The notes: generated by a model from the letters alone, not told the origin. Positions 12,200 to 26,035 are shown, counted from the whole stretch's first letter. The stretch is 62,674 bases of DNA, filler included, from Choristocarpus tenellus KU-1152 (GCA_964200185.2; 8 parts of 8 records of this genome joined end to end with filler, not necessarily neighbours in it), one strand, 5' to 3'. Program-made: numbers and translations.

Positions 12200-14860
12200 A
12201 TACACTATGCACTTGGAAGTACAAGAAGAGCACTCCAGTACCTCCAAATATTTGGAAGGTTTTTCTCATGTTGTCAAGATCTGATTTACGCTTCCCCTTT
12301 TTTGCACATCCATACAACCACCCCACTTGAGTAAAAAATTCTCCATCCTCAACAATGCTGTTGGGTGTACACTGCTGTCCTTCTTGGCAGGCAACAGCAT
12401 ACCTATAATCATTACTCTCCCATACCTATTCCTTCTGTAGTTGCATGCTGCTTGGTAGCCTTACGAACTTCAAGTTAGTGCTTAGAATGGGCATGGCAAG
12501 GGATCTCAAGCACATGCTACAATAAAGATCTCCGATCGGAAACTGCTCCTGGCCTAAGTTTCAGTGCTCTCAAAGGTGCCGAAATGCATAATTTGCAGGT
12601 TCAGGAGTCCAGCAAAGACGATGAAAAGGGATGCCCTCACTCCCTTATCCCTGAGTCTTCCAGAGAGTCAGAAGGGCCAGGCAGCAACAGGACTAGTATC
12701 ATCAGTAGTGAAGGTACAGATAGCAAGGTATCCGACCACGACAGTGAGATACAGATCTATTTGTCCTGCCTCAGTGATGCCCAGTCGTTCGTGGAGCATG
12801 TGTCTTTGTGGGCTGAAGAGGGCAGTGCACACCGGGGAGGGGCTTGGGGGATGGACAGGAAGCCCCATAGGTGGAGGCAATAATGAGAATTTGTACATGG
12901 ATGTGTCATACAACTTGCATATGGAGGAAGATGGCACAGATGGAAGCAATACAAGAATTGTTTGACTATCACTTGTAGCTCTGCACATGAAATGAGAGCC
13001 AGCTCGTGGGTATTGACTTCCTCACAAAGCAATGGGGTGCAACTACTGCATCAGATGTTGGAGAGCACTTGAGGAGTAATGTGTATCCTTGGCCAAGCAC
13101 CTGACAACATCATCTACCCAGAAACATCATGGCATATAGAGCATTGGGGTGATTGAGGTTAAGCTCCCACACCAGTACATATTTTGAGTCCTTCTCACAT
13201 GAGAATACTCGAATCTTTACTGAATGAGTAGTAGCAGTTGATAGGTTCGTTCCAAGAAGACCTCCTGTACTCTTGTTGTCTTTGCGATTTTGACATTATC
13301 CCTCACACTGACATTCGATGTACTACAACATCCACCAAGTGCAGCTTTGCATGCAAAGGAAAGGCAGTAAGTGTATTGATAAAAAACATTTTCACAATGA
13401 CCTCCAGTGCTTCTAGCCAGAGGGAGATCAAGGACCCAATGCAAAAAGCTATCATCCCCACCACTCATGATTGACCTTGATAATCTATGCTGAGGAATGT
13501 GCGATCCCACCAGACACAAGTATCAACCTCGTTACCATGGTAGTCATTGATACAGAGATGTTCCGAAACAATACTCCCCTGTCACATTTTCACAACTGAA
13601 TCACTCTGCATGGATAACACAAACCTTTGAGGCTTCTATTTTCCAATATTCCTGAGCTCATGTAGTACAAATAGTATGATGGCAATATAATGTTTGTTTG
13701 CTCTCTCAGACCCCAAATCCTAAAACAGTCGATTCTTTTTTATTCTCTTTTAAGTTGGACTGCAGTAGGAGTAAAAGGGCTAATGAGTCTTGCTTCTTGT
13801 GCATACCAATCAACGATAATGCAGTATGACTCATTATTACCCATCAACTTCTGTTGAGAGGATCAACATTGATTCAAAACTTGCAAAAACTTAACCTACT
13901 GAAATTTTCAGAGTTGGGGCCCTCTATATAGTGTGAGTCTGTTTGGAAAACCCACCTTCGGATTCAAACCCAACACCATGAGATCATGACTGAGTTCCTA
14001 AGCCGTGACAAAGGAAGTCAGCATTAACGGTTGATCAAGGCACTCCTCTGTACCAGCATTTGTGTCTTGAAATACTTCTGGGGGGTAAAGGTCTATCACT
14101 GGTTCCTTGTTGCCTATTATTTTTTCCATATTAATGAACAGGCCATTAAGAGTAGAGAGTGTCCACAGTTAGAGTTGACTACTCATACACTATCTGATGG
14201 GCTTTCCTAACCATTCCCTCCTGCAGCTGGTGTTTTTCGAAGGATGACATGGTCATTCCCTCCTGCATTCATTGCTGTGGTACACTCTGATTTGTTTGCT
14301 TGAACACAACAGCCTGTGAACCTTGGGCTGCTCTAGCTGGTACATGAATTTGATGCCCTCTAAAAATATTCCATGTGAAAAATATCATATGTACAAAATA
14401 ACATATAAGTACTCAAGTATTTCACAACAGAGATCACACACCAAGTATTCAATGGTTCTCTTGGGTTTCCCACTTCAACATGGTGTACCTCAATCGGACT
14501 AAAAAAATCAAGAGATGATTCCAACAATTATGTATTGAATCAAGCAAGTGTGACACACCCGTGGGTTGCATTGAAACACTGGTGTGGGATAGGAAAATTA
14601 ATACAAGGCATAAATATTGATGGGGTTGTGGATAACAGCAAAGAGCTCTAGTTCACATGACATCGCTAACCCACAGTTCACCTGAACTATGGAACCGTAA
14701 GGATTCACTTCAGGGAAGGGGGATATGTACATCTCGTCATAACTATTCAAATGGGTATTGCTCTTCAAGGTATCAAATGTGGGTAAACCTGCTTTTCCAG
14801 AGGTTTTCAGGGACGTACATAACAGCTTGTATGTCTCTTGGAAGCATGAAGCCACCAGAA
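12200..14860 (-). mobile_element. Heavily decayed Ty1/Copia-like remnants (integrase- and RT-like traces)
   Basis: Broken-frame traces: YCIIVDWY (~13800), KCDRG(G)EY-like (~13580), PYGSIV...LAM...FAV (14630-14700) resembling Copia RT PYRSIVGSLMYLA. Many stops; boundaries approximate. Confidence 0.3.
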
Positions 14861-16397
14861 CACAGTAAAAATATACCTGAATACATAAGATTCTTGTACA
14901 CCACGGTTACATATGAAAGCGCCTTTTTTTAATGTCAAATGACACCGGCTCTAAAATCGACAGTAGTACCACGGGCGGGGCAACTTGCTCTAAACTATTG
15001 GTACTCCAATCAACTCTGACTGTAAGATGCCTAAAACGAAAAAACAGGGACAAGTAGCTTGTCCTCTCCTCACTCCACCTCCCTTGTGACTAACTTTCCA
15101 TCATCGGAAAAGATGGCAGGTTGGAAGTGTCTTTGTTGGAAGCGACTTTGGCCCTTCCTTTCTGGTTCAATATTCACCTCAGTATTAGCACCTCATTATT
15201 ATGCTTCACGTAATTATGCTCTCAACTACAGCAAACTGCACACTACTAATTGCTCATCCCATCAAATGAAGCTGGGGGTGGGGGACAAAAAAGCAAACGT
15301 GTATGCTCTCATGTAATACACCGCATGCCTATGTCTGATTCTCACCCAAAGCTATCATTGTTCAGATTCCTGTGCTCCCAGATCTGACTGGATGTAAGGG
15401 AAATCTCATCGCAGGGAGCTCATGATATCTATGTTCTCACGTAGTAGGAATTTTGTGACGGGTTGGGTTGGGTGGGCGGAATGGGGTTAGGGTTAGGGTT
15501 TGGTGAGGACAAATCTACCCTTCTACTCAAACCCTTCTGTTGCTTATGAGAACGATGAGGTCCCAAAGGGATGTGAAAAAGGACACAAAAAAACTCAACT
15601 GGTGGTACTGTAGCAAAAACTAGAAAATACTTGTGTACTGAACACAGACAACGATTATACTTTCACTCAGCAACTCTTGCACATGACCTTCACAATCAAA
15701 CACGCCTACCAGACTGGGGCTCCTTACACTGCATTACAGGCACTCTAGGGAAAAATTCACCAGCCGCCATTGAGGTGATCATCGTGTGATCAAGGAAATT
15801 GGAGACGCAAACGCCTTCAGGTGCACTGCGAGCAAGTTCCCAATTAATTCTACAACGTAGATCCCCCACAAGTAAACGCACCATTCCTACACAATCTACT
15901 CATTCAAGGCCTGCCATACAAAGGTTATATCCTACTCTAACCAAAATACCGAAGGTGCTCTTGCTGATCCATGGCCAAGCGCATTCAACTACATGTTGAT
16001 GGTGGTCCTCATAATTCACAATTGTACACAATTTCTAAGACATTTTTTGGCCGTTGAACCAGGCTGGTGTTTCAGCCGATGGTATCACATACCAATCTAT
16101 ACTGAACACATACAAACATACCCTAACCCTAACACTAACCCTGTGAGAGGAACACACCCCAAAACCAAGAACTATCCGGCATAAATGTGCCTCCTGAGGG
16201 TCCTCCTCCAACCCCAGCAATGTCTGGGAAGCAGGCAGGACCAATCTGTACAATGCGAAAGAGACCTCTGTATCCCCCATGCCTCACAACAATGAGAGCA
16301 TTCTCTCACACCGAGTTGATCCCAAACCACACCCCGTGTAGCCATGGAATGCATCCACTTCTGAGCACCCACAACCTCAAACACATCCCCGTCTCCA

Positions 16398-16521
16398 AAC
16401 CAGCATCAGAGTCAGAACCAGCATAACCAGAATCAGAGTCAGAACCAGCATAACCAGCATCAGAGTCATAACCAGCATAACCAGCATCAGAGTCAGAACC
16501 AGCATAACCAGCATCAGAGTC
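16398..16521. repeat. 27-bp tandem repeat, ~4.5 copies (ccagcatcagagtcagaaccagcataa)
   Basis: Directly visible; reads (SDAGYAGSD)n on the minus strand. Confidence 0.92.
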
Positions 16522-17288
16522 CATGTGCCCAGCACCCATTTTATCACACACCTCTCCGTAAAGAGAAACCTGGCGATGCAAACCTCACCGCCCGCTACAG
16601 CTGAAGCCACACCCGCCAACTCATTTCCACCCTACCCACACCTTGTACGGAATTCATAGTATGAAGGTAAACACCTTCAAAACCTCTCTTCCTGGGGACA
16701 ATGACAATGCCTCCATATATCCTTCATCTGGAGAAAGCACGAAGATGTGATTCTTGGCTCTTCACCCTGCAGGGACATTTGGAATGCCGAGGAGCTACAA
16801 GTCAGTCCCATGTGAGACACGGTAGTGCGAAGGGGCTGTTGATTGGGGGCAGGGGGAGGGNNNNNNNNNNNNNNNNNNNNNNNNNNNNNNNNNNNNNNNN
16901 NNNNTTAATTAATTAANNNNNNNNNNNNNNNNNNNNNNNNNNNNNNNNNNNNNNNNNNNNGGGGGCGGGGGGGGGGCCTGGATCTCCACCAGGGTGTCCA
17001 TTTGGGCTAAAATCATGAAAAGTGCATTTACACTATCCATCCGACATATGCAAACAAATCACTCAGAAATCACAACATGAAAAAATTGACCCCAAATGAA
17101 CAGCCGCCACTCCCCCTCAGATACTTTGGGCCTTCTGACCCTCGACGTGCCTGAAAATGACCTAAAAGATCCCCTACTTTGACGGCTTGAAGCACCTTGA
17201 GTTAGTACCTGAAGATCCTCGACCCCCACCTTTTAAGCTAAAGCTAAGATTGTCAACCCAATTTCATTCTGTAGGGTTATCGTCAGCG

Positions 17289-17322
17289 TATATTATATTA
17301 TATTATATTATATTATATTATA
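17289..17322. repeat. (TATAT)n pentanucleotide microsatellite
   Basis: Directly visible. Confidence 0.9.
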
Positions 17323-18038
17323 ATATAATTGTTTTTTTGTTTTGTAACACAAACTTGTAGCACAGAGGTAGTACAAGGTGTAATAGCATTTTTTAATAAA
17401 AACTGCGGGAGGTAGTCATGCAATGACTTAGGGTTAGGGTTTCTTTTACTTCAGGTACTTCCAATGTTCTTTACAGCTTGTAGAACTGCTGTAAGGTACT
17501 GAAAAAATCATAAGTATGTACACTTCTACAAATTGGGTAAAAAAGGTTGAGTGACTTGCCAAACCTCTTACAAAATTTAACCCTAACAGTGGAATGCTAG
17601 TACAAACTTGATAAAGGGTCAACTATACAAACTGGACTTTTAGTACTTGAATGCATCAAATGTTGCCACTACTGGCTAGAAGAGTGAACTTGAAATGCAA
17701 GGAGAAGACAGATATTCTAATCCAGAGTAATCGACCTCTCAGCAGACCTAATTTCGCTTTTTTCATATTTCTAGTACTATTGATTAGCATATTTCTAGTA
17801 CGATCAATTCCGCTGTGTGACAAAACTCTCACAAACACAAACAAAACCAGTCACAGGTCTCCTACTACCATCAAATAGACTGTACACTACACCAGGCTCT
17901 CACAAATTGGTTGAGTCAATGGTGTTGGCCCTTGTTGACTGATTCAAGTAAGAAACAAGAAGTGACATATCACAGGTGAAACCAAACAGCAATACATAGA
18001 TACGTCAAACAGCCATACACTGGATAGATATACTAATA

Positions 18039-18174
18039 AACCCTAACCCTAATAAACTGTCAGTGACAGGTCCAGAGCAACAAACTTCCTAAAATAACCC
18101 TAACCCTAATAAACTGTCAGTGACAGGTCCAGAGCAACACACTTCCAAAAATAACCCTAACCCTAACCCTAACC
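18039..18174. repeat. 57-bp tandem duplication whose units start with CCCTAA telomere-type hexamers
   Basis: Units begin at 18039, 18096 and 18153 (partial): aaccctaaccctaataaactgtcagtgacaggtccagagcaac... Confidence 0.9.
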
Positions 18175-18265
18175 AACAAAAACAGTTCCACAAAAAATGC
18201 CACAATGGCTACATGATTGGCTACTATGATGGGTATGATTGGCTACTATGATGGGCATGACACAC

Positions 18266-20711
18266 CTTTCGCATGGGTACTGATGCCCTCGTGTCATACA
18301 AGCAAACATCTCGACTTGACCCTGTACTTGCAAGCAGACACCGTTCAGCAGGATTAAACCTGTCAAGTGAGTGCATTGGTGTCATTGGTGTCACCAAGGT
18401 TGAACTGAACACCAGGTGCAGTAGTTTGAATAGTGGAGCATGTCTCATGTTGTGGTGGTGTGTGAGAGTGTATGGTAGTGTATGGTAGTGTATGGTAGTG
18501 TAACCAATGTGTTTGGTAGTGTAACCAATGTCACGCCATATTCAGAACTCATCAATTATAACAAATGCACTGCTACAGCCCACCTAGAGAGATGTAGTTA
18601 AAGTGATTAGTGTGAATGTAAAAAAGATAAAAACAACCTCAGCACTGCTCCAAGCACCAAAACACCTCCAGAGACTCTAAGAAATGGAGAATCTAAACAA
18701 CAAAGTTTTCCCATGTCTCCAAGCAAGAGGACATGGCGTGACACCAACTCTCTTTTTTCTATTGGTACTATTGGTACTACCATTAGTACTAGTATTAGTA
18801 CTAGTGTTAGTATTGGGATTACCATTAGTACTAGTATTAGTGCTAGTATTGGGATTACCATTAGTACTAGTATTAGTACTAGTATTGCTATTACCATTTC
18901 AACAGACGATCATAGGGAGGAGCTGTGTCACTTGCCTTACACAGTTGACGCTATCTGCCCCCCAATCATACGACAATATTGGCTCCGCTCTCAAGTGCTC
19001 CCACACCTCTACCGAATCCCCAGCAGTGGCAAATTTTGAATCTGACCAGTGATGATCAAGTGACTTGAAGCCTGTCTTGCCCATCCAGGTTGTGATAGGC
19101 TCTACCTCCTGTTCGAAGAAAGCAAAAATGAGAATGGGTTAGGGTTAGGGTCAAAAAGGAGAGGGATACGAATGGGTTAGGGTTAGGGCTAACTGGACTA
19201 AGGATGGGGATACTAGGTTGTGTGAATTTGCGTATAGGAAAGATCATTGATAAAACAAAAAAAGAAAGAAAAAGAAAAAGAACAGGTGATAATGCTGTTG
19301 AGGAAATGGTAGTGTGTTTAAATGGTGGAAACAAGATTGGATTTGCTGTCCCCAGAGTAGCCAGGATGGTGTTCCTCTTGTGAGGTAAGCACTAGATGTG
19401 GAATTTGCACCAACCAGGCAAACTTTACTGGTGCTATTTCAAATACTTTCCCTACATCTTCGAAATATCTCGCTCCTCCCTACTTGCTTCCCCACCCTTC
19501 CCCTCACTAACCTCTTCCATATCTTGTGCCACTGCCAAATCCCATTGCTTCACCATTCCATCATCCCCGGCAGAGAAGAAGCTCTGCCCATCTGGAGCAA
19601 CAGCTAGCCCACGCACAAACCCTCGATGTCCCACAGTATGCCATACGCACATTCTACGCGACAAGTCCCACACACGGATCTCCCCATCACATGCGCCTTG
19701 AGCCCAATCGTCACCAAGATAGACCGTATTCAGGAGGGAAGGGAGCACATACATAAGACATTGTTCGGTGTAAAGCGACAAGCTTCCCAAATATTCATTG
19801 CCAAATATCAATTGCTGTCAAGGATGCATAGAGGTAAGGGGGTCTTCCCAGGAGGAGAGTGTGCCAAGGTCTCCGGGATACTCAAATAGTGACTCATAGC
19901 ATCACCACTATGTGACATGGCATTGCCTTCCATTTCGTCTGCAGCGATTTAACTATGAGAATTAATAGAGTCACATTGTCGAGGATCATAGCACTAAGAA
20001 TCCAACAATGGACAAGGCATTTGGAACCTCTCCTGGGAGGAGATGCTACGCCCGTTATTGACATTTCGTAACAGCCCTGTATGGCAACTAGCCATTGCTT
20101 GCCAGCACTGCTCCACTCTGAGTGCATCAAATTGCTACGCGAGATTTTTTTCACCCTTCGTAAAACCACCCTTAGTTCCAATCTCGTCTAGGAGTCCACG
20201 GAAAAACTGCCCCAGGAAAAGTGTCAACATGTTCAACAACTCCCTTCGTTTCATCGTTCCGAATCCTACCCCAAATACCCTGATCATTACGCACCAGAAA
20301 TGAACTGAACAAGGCTGCGTTGACTGGTAGCTGTGCAGAATATTCCATCTCCATGCCCACCAAGCGCTCCCACAAGTGGCTTCGCAAATATCTTGTCCAG
20401 CTTTACAGCGGTCAAAGCACGAGTGTACTCCCTCGCCTACTTAGTTCGGGAAAGGTTTGCGAGGAATATAAGCATCAGGAGAGAGATCGACAAAAATTTC
20501 AACTGTCTACCTGTTCATCTTCCACAGTAGGGGTCGGTGGGGGGCCTTCGTTTAACAGACCACTAAAACCCCATACCTAGACTGTGACCTCACCCCTCAC
20601 CTTCTCGAAGGGGTGTAGCTTGGGGTCCCGATTCCGATGCACCTGAATCCGGCCCGCTTTGCTGTCCCTCGTGTACTTCTCTTCCACGCGGCTAATCGTC
20701 TTAACCTTCAT
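18266..20711 (-). CDS. DCAF13: DDB1- and CUL4-associated factor 13 / Sof1 WD40 U3 snoRNP protein, first five exons (3' part beyond contig)
   Basis: Exons 20711-20601, 20436-20295, 19696-19512, 19108-18936, 18359-18266 give MKVKTISR...DPKLHPFEK|AREYTRAL..KLDKIFAKP..GHGDG...SGACDGEIRVWDL..GHRGFVRG..GDDGMVKQW...DHHW..FAT..WGADSVNCVRFNPAE..YDTR, collinear with DCAF13/Sof1. Intron 4 has a GC donor. Confidence 0.95.
18768..18895. repeat. Low-complexity (attagtact/agt-type) repeat in DCAF13 intron 4
   Basis: Directly visible; the source of the spurious ISTSISTS/LVLVLV ORFs. Confidence 0.85.
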
Positions 20712-20871
20712 GGCCACTTGGATGGTTAAGACTCGACACTATCTATCTTGGTTAGTCAACAAATACCATGACAGAAAGACATACGGAGGCGTGTCAGTAC
20801 CCACAAACAAATATTCAAAAACTTCCAACACCTCGTTCTTGCTAGTGGTAACAAGGCTCGCATACAGGAGG
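20712..20871. promoter_or_regulatory. Putative bidirectional promoter/5'UTRs between DCAF13 and REV7
   Basis: Only 160 bp separate the divergent ATGs at 20711 (-) and 20872 (+). Confidence 0.65.
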
Positions 20872-23800
20872 ATGACTCCAGTACAGCATGATGAGACTGG
20901 CAGTAGATCTGCTCAGGAGTGGGGAGAGGTCATGACAGATCTGGTTACAGAGTTTCTTGAGGCTGCTGTACACATGGTGCTTTGCACGAGGGGCATCTAT
21001 CCCAAAGGCAAGGACCTGATAGCACCCTAGATATGGGACACCCCGTCCAAGCGAGGTGTAGGCAGTCCGTGAATCCTTCCCCTTTGAAAAAATTCCCGAA
21101 GAGATTCATTTTCTGACAATGCCTGGAGCCTTCAGCGATGACGGTCTGGTGTATGATACCGAATACTGAACCGCTGGGTTGTGCTCATGATCCGTTCTGG
21201 GGATTTCAGCCAGGTCTGCTGCCTTCATTCCTGCCCCTAGCCCTCCATGTGCACAAAGGGAGAAGTTTTGACCCATTATAAGTTCAAGAAGCTATTAGCT
21301 AACGATATAGGACCTGTACCCCTTACTTCTACCACCCTAACAATGTCTTGTCGACATTTTGTTGCTGAACTTCCCCTTCCCCAGGGATTTTTGAGCGAAG
21401 ACGAAAGTACGATGTGAGTGTGTGGATGAGCCGGCATCCTGAACTAAATGACTACATATGCCAGGTGATGTATTGGTTAGTATTATGCTCGGATTAGGGA
21501 AGGTGAGCTTCAGGATCAAGTCATGGCTAACATGACCTGGCAAATTTCAATTACATGTTTTGTATGTAAAAAGGCTGCAGTGATCATCATGACGATTGAG
21601 ATGTTGTTGAAGTGGATGTTTGATGTGTAAACAGGTCGTCATCAATTTTTGGGTGTAGATGCGAGGAACCTGCGATCTCGAGCTATGCAGGTTACTGTGT
21701 CACGCCGACTTTCTAATTTCGAGTGACCCTGGTCTGGTTACTTGTTGGTCAGATTAGAGTCCAAGACCGGGTAATAGTGTAGCGATAGCAATGTAATTAT
21801 TTTCGGATTTGGAAGTGAATGGGCGCTATGGTGACACTCACAGCAGAGAAATAAAAGCAGTAGTGACATCTTTGTACCTCGAGTGTCAGCCGTTGGTTGC
21901 AATGACAAGGGTGCTCCCTCACTTCTAATCTACTCCAGCATAGACACAGCCCACAATTGTACAGTAAATGCACACAGATATCTCTACTATTGCGTTCAGG
22001 TCCTGACCAGGGCCAAGGTGATGATGTCAAGAGGTCTTGTCCGCAAACTAGTTTTAGCAATATCAAACAGTGGACAAGGGGGGGGGGGAAGAACAGCACC
22101 ACCTGTAGAGAGGGTCATCTTTGATTTGGGGTCTGAAGACAACTGGAAAGGGCAAGGAGGTGCTAGTGCACTGGATGAAGGTAGATTGCAGGTGTGATAC
22201 TTCCCCCCTCACGTTGGATATATGTGGTTTGGTATTTGAATTGTTGGACCCTGTTATTGTTCTTAATGAGCTCAATCTTCCCTTGGTTGTAGTTGATCAT
22301 TGCTAATAGTAAATGCTTTGGTTAGGGTCATTACTCAATGAGGTTTTGTCAGAGACAGTTTGTAATGCAAATATGTGGCATGACCAGTTAGTACCAGGCT
22401 TTGGGTTAGAATGTTCACACTAACAACTTCCACACTCATGCCATGCACTCTCTTTGGGCAGGACAGACCTATTCATCTATTTTGACAGAGCAAGTACCTG
22501 AAATACCATTGAAAGTGTGCAGCACATGAATTGAATACACAAATAGATAGACCTATTGTTGTCATTAATCTATTTCTAATCTATTTCTGGTATCCGTGTA
22601 ATACTAGCACATGATGACATTGTAACATGCACTCAAGTTTCATTTTTTTTATTTGGTAATATTATTTCAAATAGTAGCAGTTCTATTAGATATACCAAAG
22701 TAGCACAGGTGTAGAGCTGGGGGGGGTGTATGCTGTAGATATCTATGTACTACTCAACATAAAATTACCATCCAAGGGGGACTGAGTCTCTCTCTCAGTC
22801 AGACATTGCATACCTTTGATGTACATGTACATGTATCTTTGTTGTAACTCTTTTTCATATACCTGTTTCTTGATGGGTTTTGATGGCTGTTAATATTGGC
22901 AGTGCTTCCCTTGATGGGTTTGATAGAATTGATAGTGGCAGTGCTTACCTTGATGGGTTTTGATAGTGTTGATAGTGGCAGTGCTTGTGGTAGAATGTTG
23001 TTTGTGGAAGCAGGCAATGTCATTAGGGTTAGGGTTAGGGTTATGCCGCCATCAATAACATGTCCAATGCCATCAATATCAGAAGTGTATCAATAGCAGT
23101 AGTCTATCAATATCAGAAATGTATCAATAGCAGTAGTCCATCGATATCTGAAGTATATACGCAGTCACCTCCATACAGAAAAGTAGTTAGAGTTAAGAGC
23201 ATGCAGGCAAGTTCAGGCATGAAGGAAGAAAAATTATGCTTACAGGATCTATTAGTACACTAGGTGGTCACAATGGTAAACCGACGAGGAGTTGAATATG
23301 CCATTTTGATCCTGTCAACTGTACGGGGTTATTTTGCATCTTGGCAAGGACCCTAACCCTAACCAAGGTTTAATGTTTTATGCCTATCCTTAACTCACCT
23401 GTGTGCTATTGTAGTGCACTAACATGGACTATGGACCGGTTTCTACCAGATACTAGAAGACCATCTTAGATCTGCTCTGCTGAAACTTCAGCTTGTCAGC
23501 AACAACCTTCCTCATCGAGCAGGCTGTACATTTGCAATACACTTGGAGGCAGAAGACACTGGAGAAACAGAAGACACTAGCAAGGTGTGACCTCTCTTGA
23601 CTTGACTTGACTTGACTTGACACTGTTGCTTTTGAAATTAATAGTGCTCGTAGTTCCCCTCTGCTTTTGCGATATTCACAAGCCTTTGGTGTTGTGCTGT
23701 GTGGGCTGTTCATGGCACATGCAGGATGTATGCAGTAAGTACCTAACCTGTGCAGGTTTATCGTGTTCTATTTTTTTTTGTTTGGGAAAGGTGTGTTCTC

Positions 23801-24418
23801 TCTTAGTCTCTTAGTCTTGTTCGCCCTTTTTCAAATTATAAGCACGATGCCGAAGTTCTCTCTTAGTCTCTTAGTCTTGTTCGCCCTTTTTCAAATTATA
23901 AGCACGATGCCGAAGTTCTCTCTTAGTCTCTTAGTCTCTAGTCTTGTTCAGCCTTTTTCAAATTATAAGCACGATGCCGAAGTTCTCTCTTAGTCTCTTA
24001 GTCTCTTAGTCTTGTTCACCCTTTTTCAAATTATAAGCACGATGCCGAAGTTCTCTCTTAGTCTCTTAGTCTCTTAGTCTTGTTCACCCTTTTTCAAATT
24101 ATAAGCACGATGCCGAAGTTCTCTCTTAGTCCCAGTCTCTCTCAGTGTCTCTGAGTCTCTTCTTCAAGACTCCATCAATGTTTCTACTGAAGCATGAACA
24201 ATGTTTTATCTAATATTGAAGTGTCTCAATGCCGACTTGGTGGTACACAGGGAGATGGGACTGTTAGAGGTGCGTTGGAAAGTGGTTCGTGGATGCTTGC
24301 TGATGATGTGGTACAAGTCTCTAGCGGACCTGGCCCCCTGGTCATGGTTCCAATAAAGTCCATAACTGGAGGGGGACTGGAACTGCATCTTTGTGCCGAG
24401 ATGGCAGACCATGCCTGA
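20872..24418 (+). CDS. REV7: REV7/MAD2L2 HORMA-domain protein (DNA polymerase zeta subunit), complete, 236 aa
   Basis: Exons 20872-21007, 21385-21464, 22000-22191, 23450-23584, 24251-24418. Motifs [84 protein letters not shown]. Intron 1 has a GC donor. Confidence 0.93.
23795..24131. repeat. 60-68 bp minisatellite, 5 copies plus a partial, in REV7 intron 4
   Basis: Unit gttctc(tcttagtc)2-3ttgttcrccctttttcaaattataagcacgatgccgaa. Confidence 0.95.
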
Positions 24419-26035
24419 GGTTGTGCTGAGAGCAAAGGGTGCTATCCAATGTTTGGTGCTGTGTGTCTACATACTCATAGACTGTGGTGGTGTTCAGGAC
24501 TTGGTAGGTATTATAGCTAACTACCAGTAGGTTATTTCAATACTCTTTGTTGTACATTGGATGTTGATATTGATATTGGCTGCCGTGTTCATTTATCCTT
24601 CAGTGGTGATTGTTGATTGTTGTGGCAATGCTCTTCTTAGATTCCTCCATTCAGGGAATTTCACAAGGTTGTAATTCATATTGCAATTTTATAGCAATGC
24701 TCTTTGCTGTCTCTTTATGCACCACATTTATTTGTGCTGGTGACATGGTCACTGACCAATCACAACAGAGAGAGACCAATTTTTTATATTTTAGTAGTAT
24801 GTAAGTGGGGGGAAGTCCATATATTTAGCCTCCGCTTTTGCTCAATAGCATGTACTGAGGCGTTACGTGTATGTCATTGACTTTGCAAGCACTGTTTGAC
24901 AGACTAAAAATATGACCTATGCACTCATTAACAGTACATGCTTTTGTGAGAACTCATCATGACTCTGACTCACTGACTGTTCACTAATTGTATCTTAATT
25001 TTTCTCTCAAGGTGGAGCCTACGTGTCCTATCCTCTTTCAAATGCACAGCAGTTACTTGTATTTGTTTAACCAACTGGATCTCTTTTACGTCATGTTTGG
25101 TGTCATTATCTATCACTCTAGTGTACTCTACTCCCAAAGCACCAGTCCTTGTATAACCAAATCGAATCAAGGACTAACCCAGTACTGGAAGTGACAGCTC
25201 CCCAGCAGACAGGTTGTCGCAAACTCACAAGGTTTTATGTTTATAGTTGAATGTAGAGTTTGATGTTTGCTGACATTTCATAGATGTCTGTGGGAATACT
25301 AAACCACCAAGTCTGTATGCAAATTTTCAGGTACTCCACTGTTGTTTTATTTCTATCAATCGACTCTGACCTGATGAAGATGGCATAGAGGTTTATGTAA
25401 TGTCAGAACGTGATTTTTTTTTTATGAATATCGTTATTGATAAAAGCAGTAGTAGTGACCTGTACTCTTGCCATGTTGTCCAATCGGAGCCCCTTCTGTG
25501 TCTATTGCATGATATCTACTACTGTAATTTAAGGTGCAATTTGCCTTACTTTCCCTCCAGTAGAACTCTAGGACGAGGCATATGGCAGGAGAGACAGTAG
25601 TGAATCCACATGTGTATGCAATAAATAGAAAAGAACTGCTACTGCTTTTATTATTTAATTTTAAGGGAAAAAAGGAACACAAAACACAAACAACCAATTA
25701 TGATGATGACATTATCAAGTATTTTGTAGCTAGTGAGACTTGAAGGCACAAGGAAGCACAGACACCGTTACATGGATATTATGGATATTATTAGGTGAAC
25801 ATTCCTCTAAGGTAAATTGTGGACATGCTATTCATAGGCACTCACTACAAACCACATGCAATAATAGTAATATTTATTACGTTGTGTACCAGGTACAAGT
25901 ACAATTACAGGTGCAGGTACACACTAAAGTACTCTTCAGGTACCAATAATATGTCATAGCAAGTGCACCCAGTCCGTGTTCGTATGGTTGGTAGGGTGTA
26001 TGGTCCCCTCAAGTGTGAGGTGTGAGTATGAGATG

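Noticed and set aside
18607-19052. ORFs rich in LVLVLV / ISTSIS
   Set aside because: Translations of an intronic low-complexity repeat and the antisense of a DCAF13 exon.
23795-24131. Repeat arrays resembling CRISPR (also 26036-26307 and 18039-18174)
   Set aside because: Units are contiguous with no unique spacers, there are no cas genes, and the context is eukaryotic intron/UTR.
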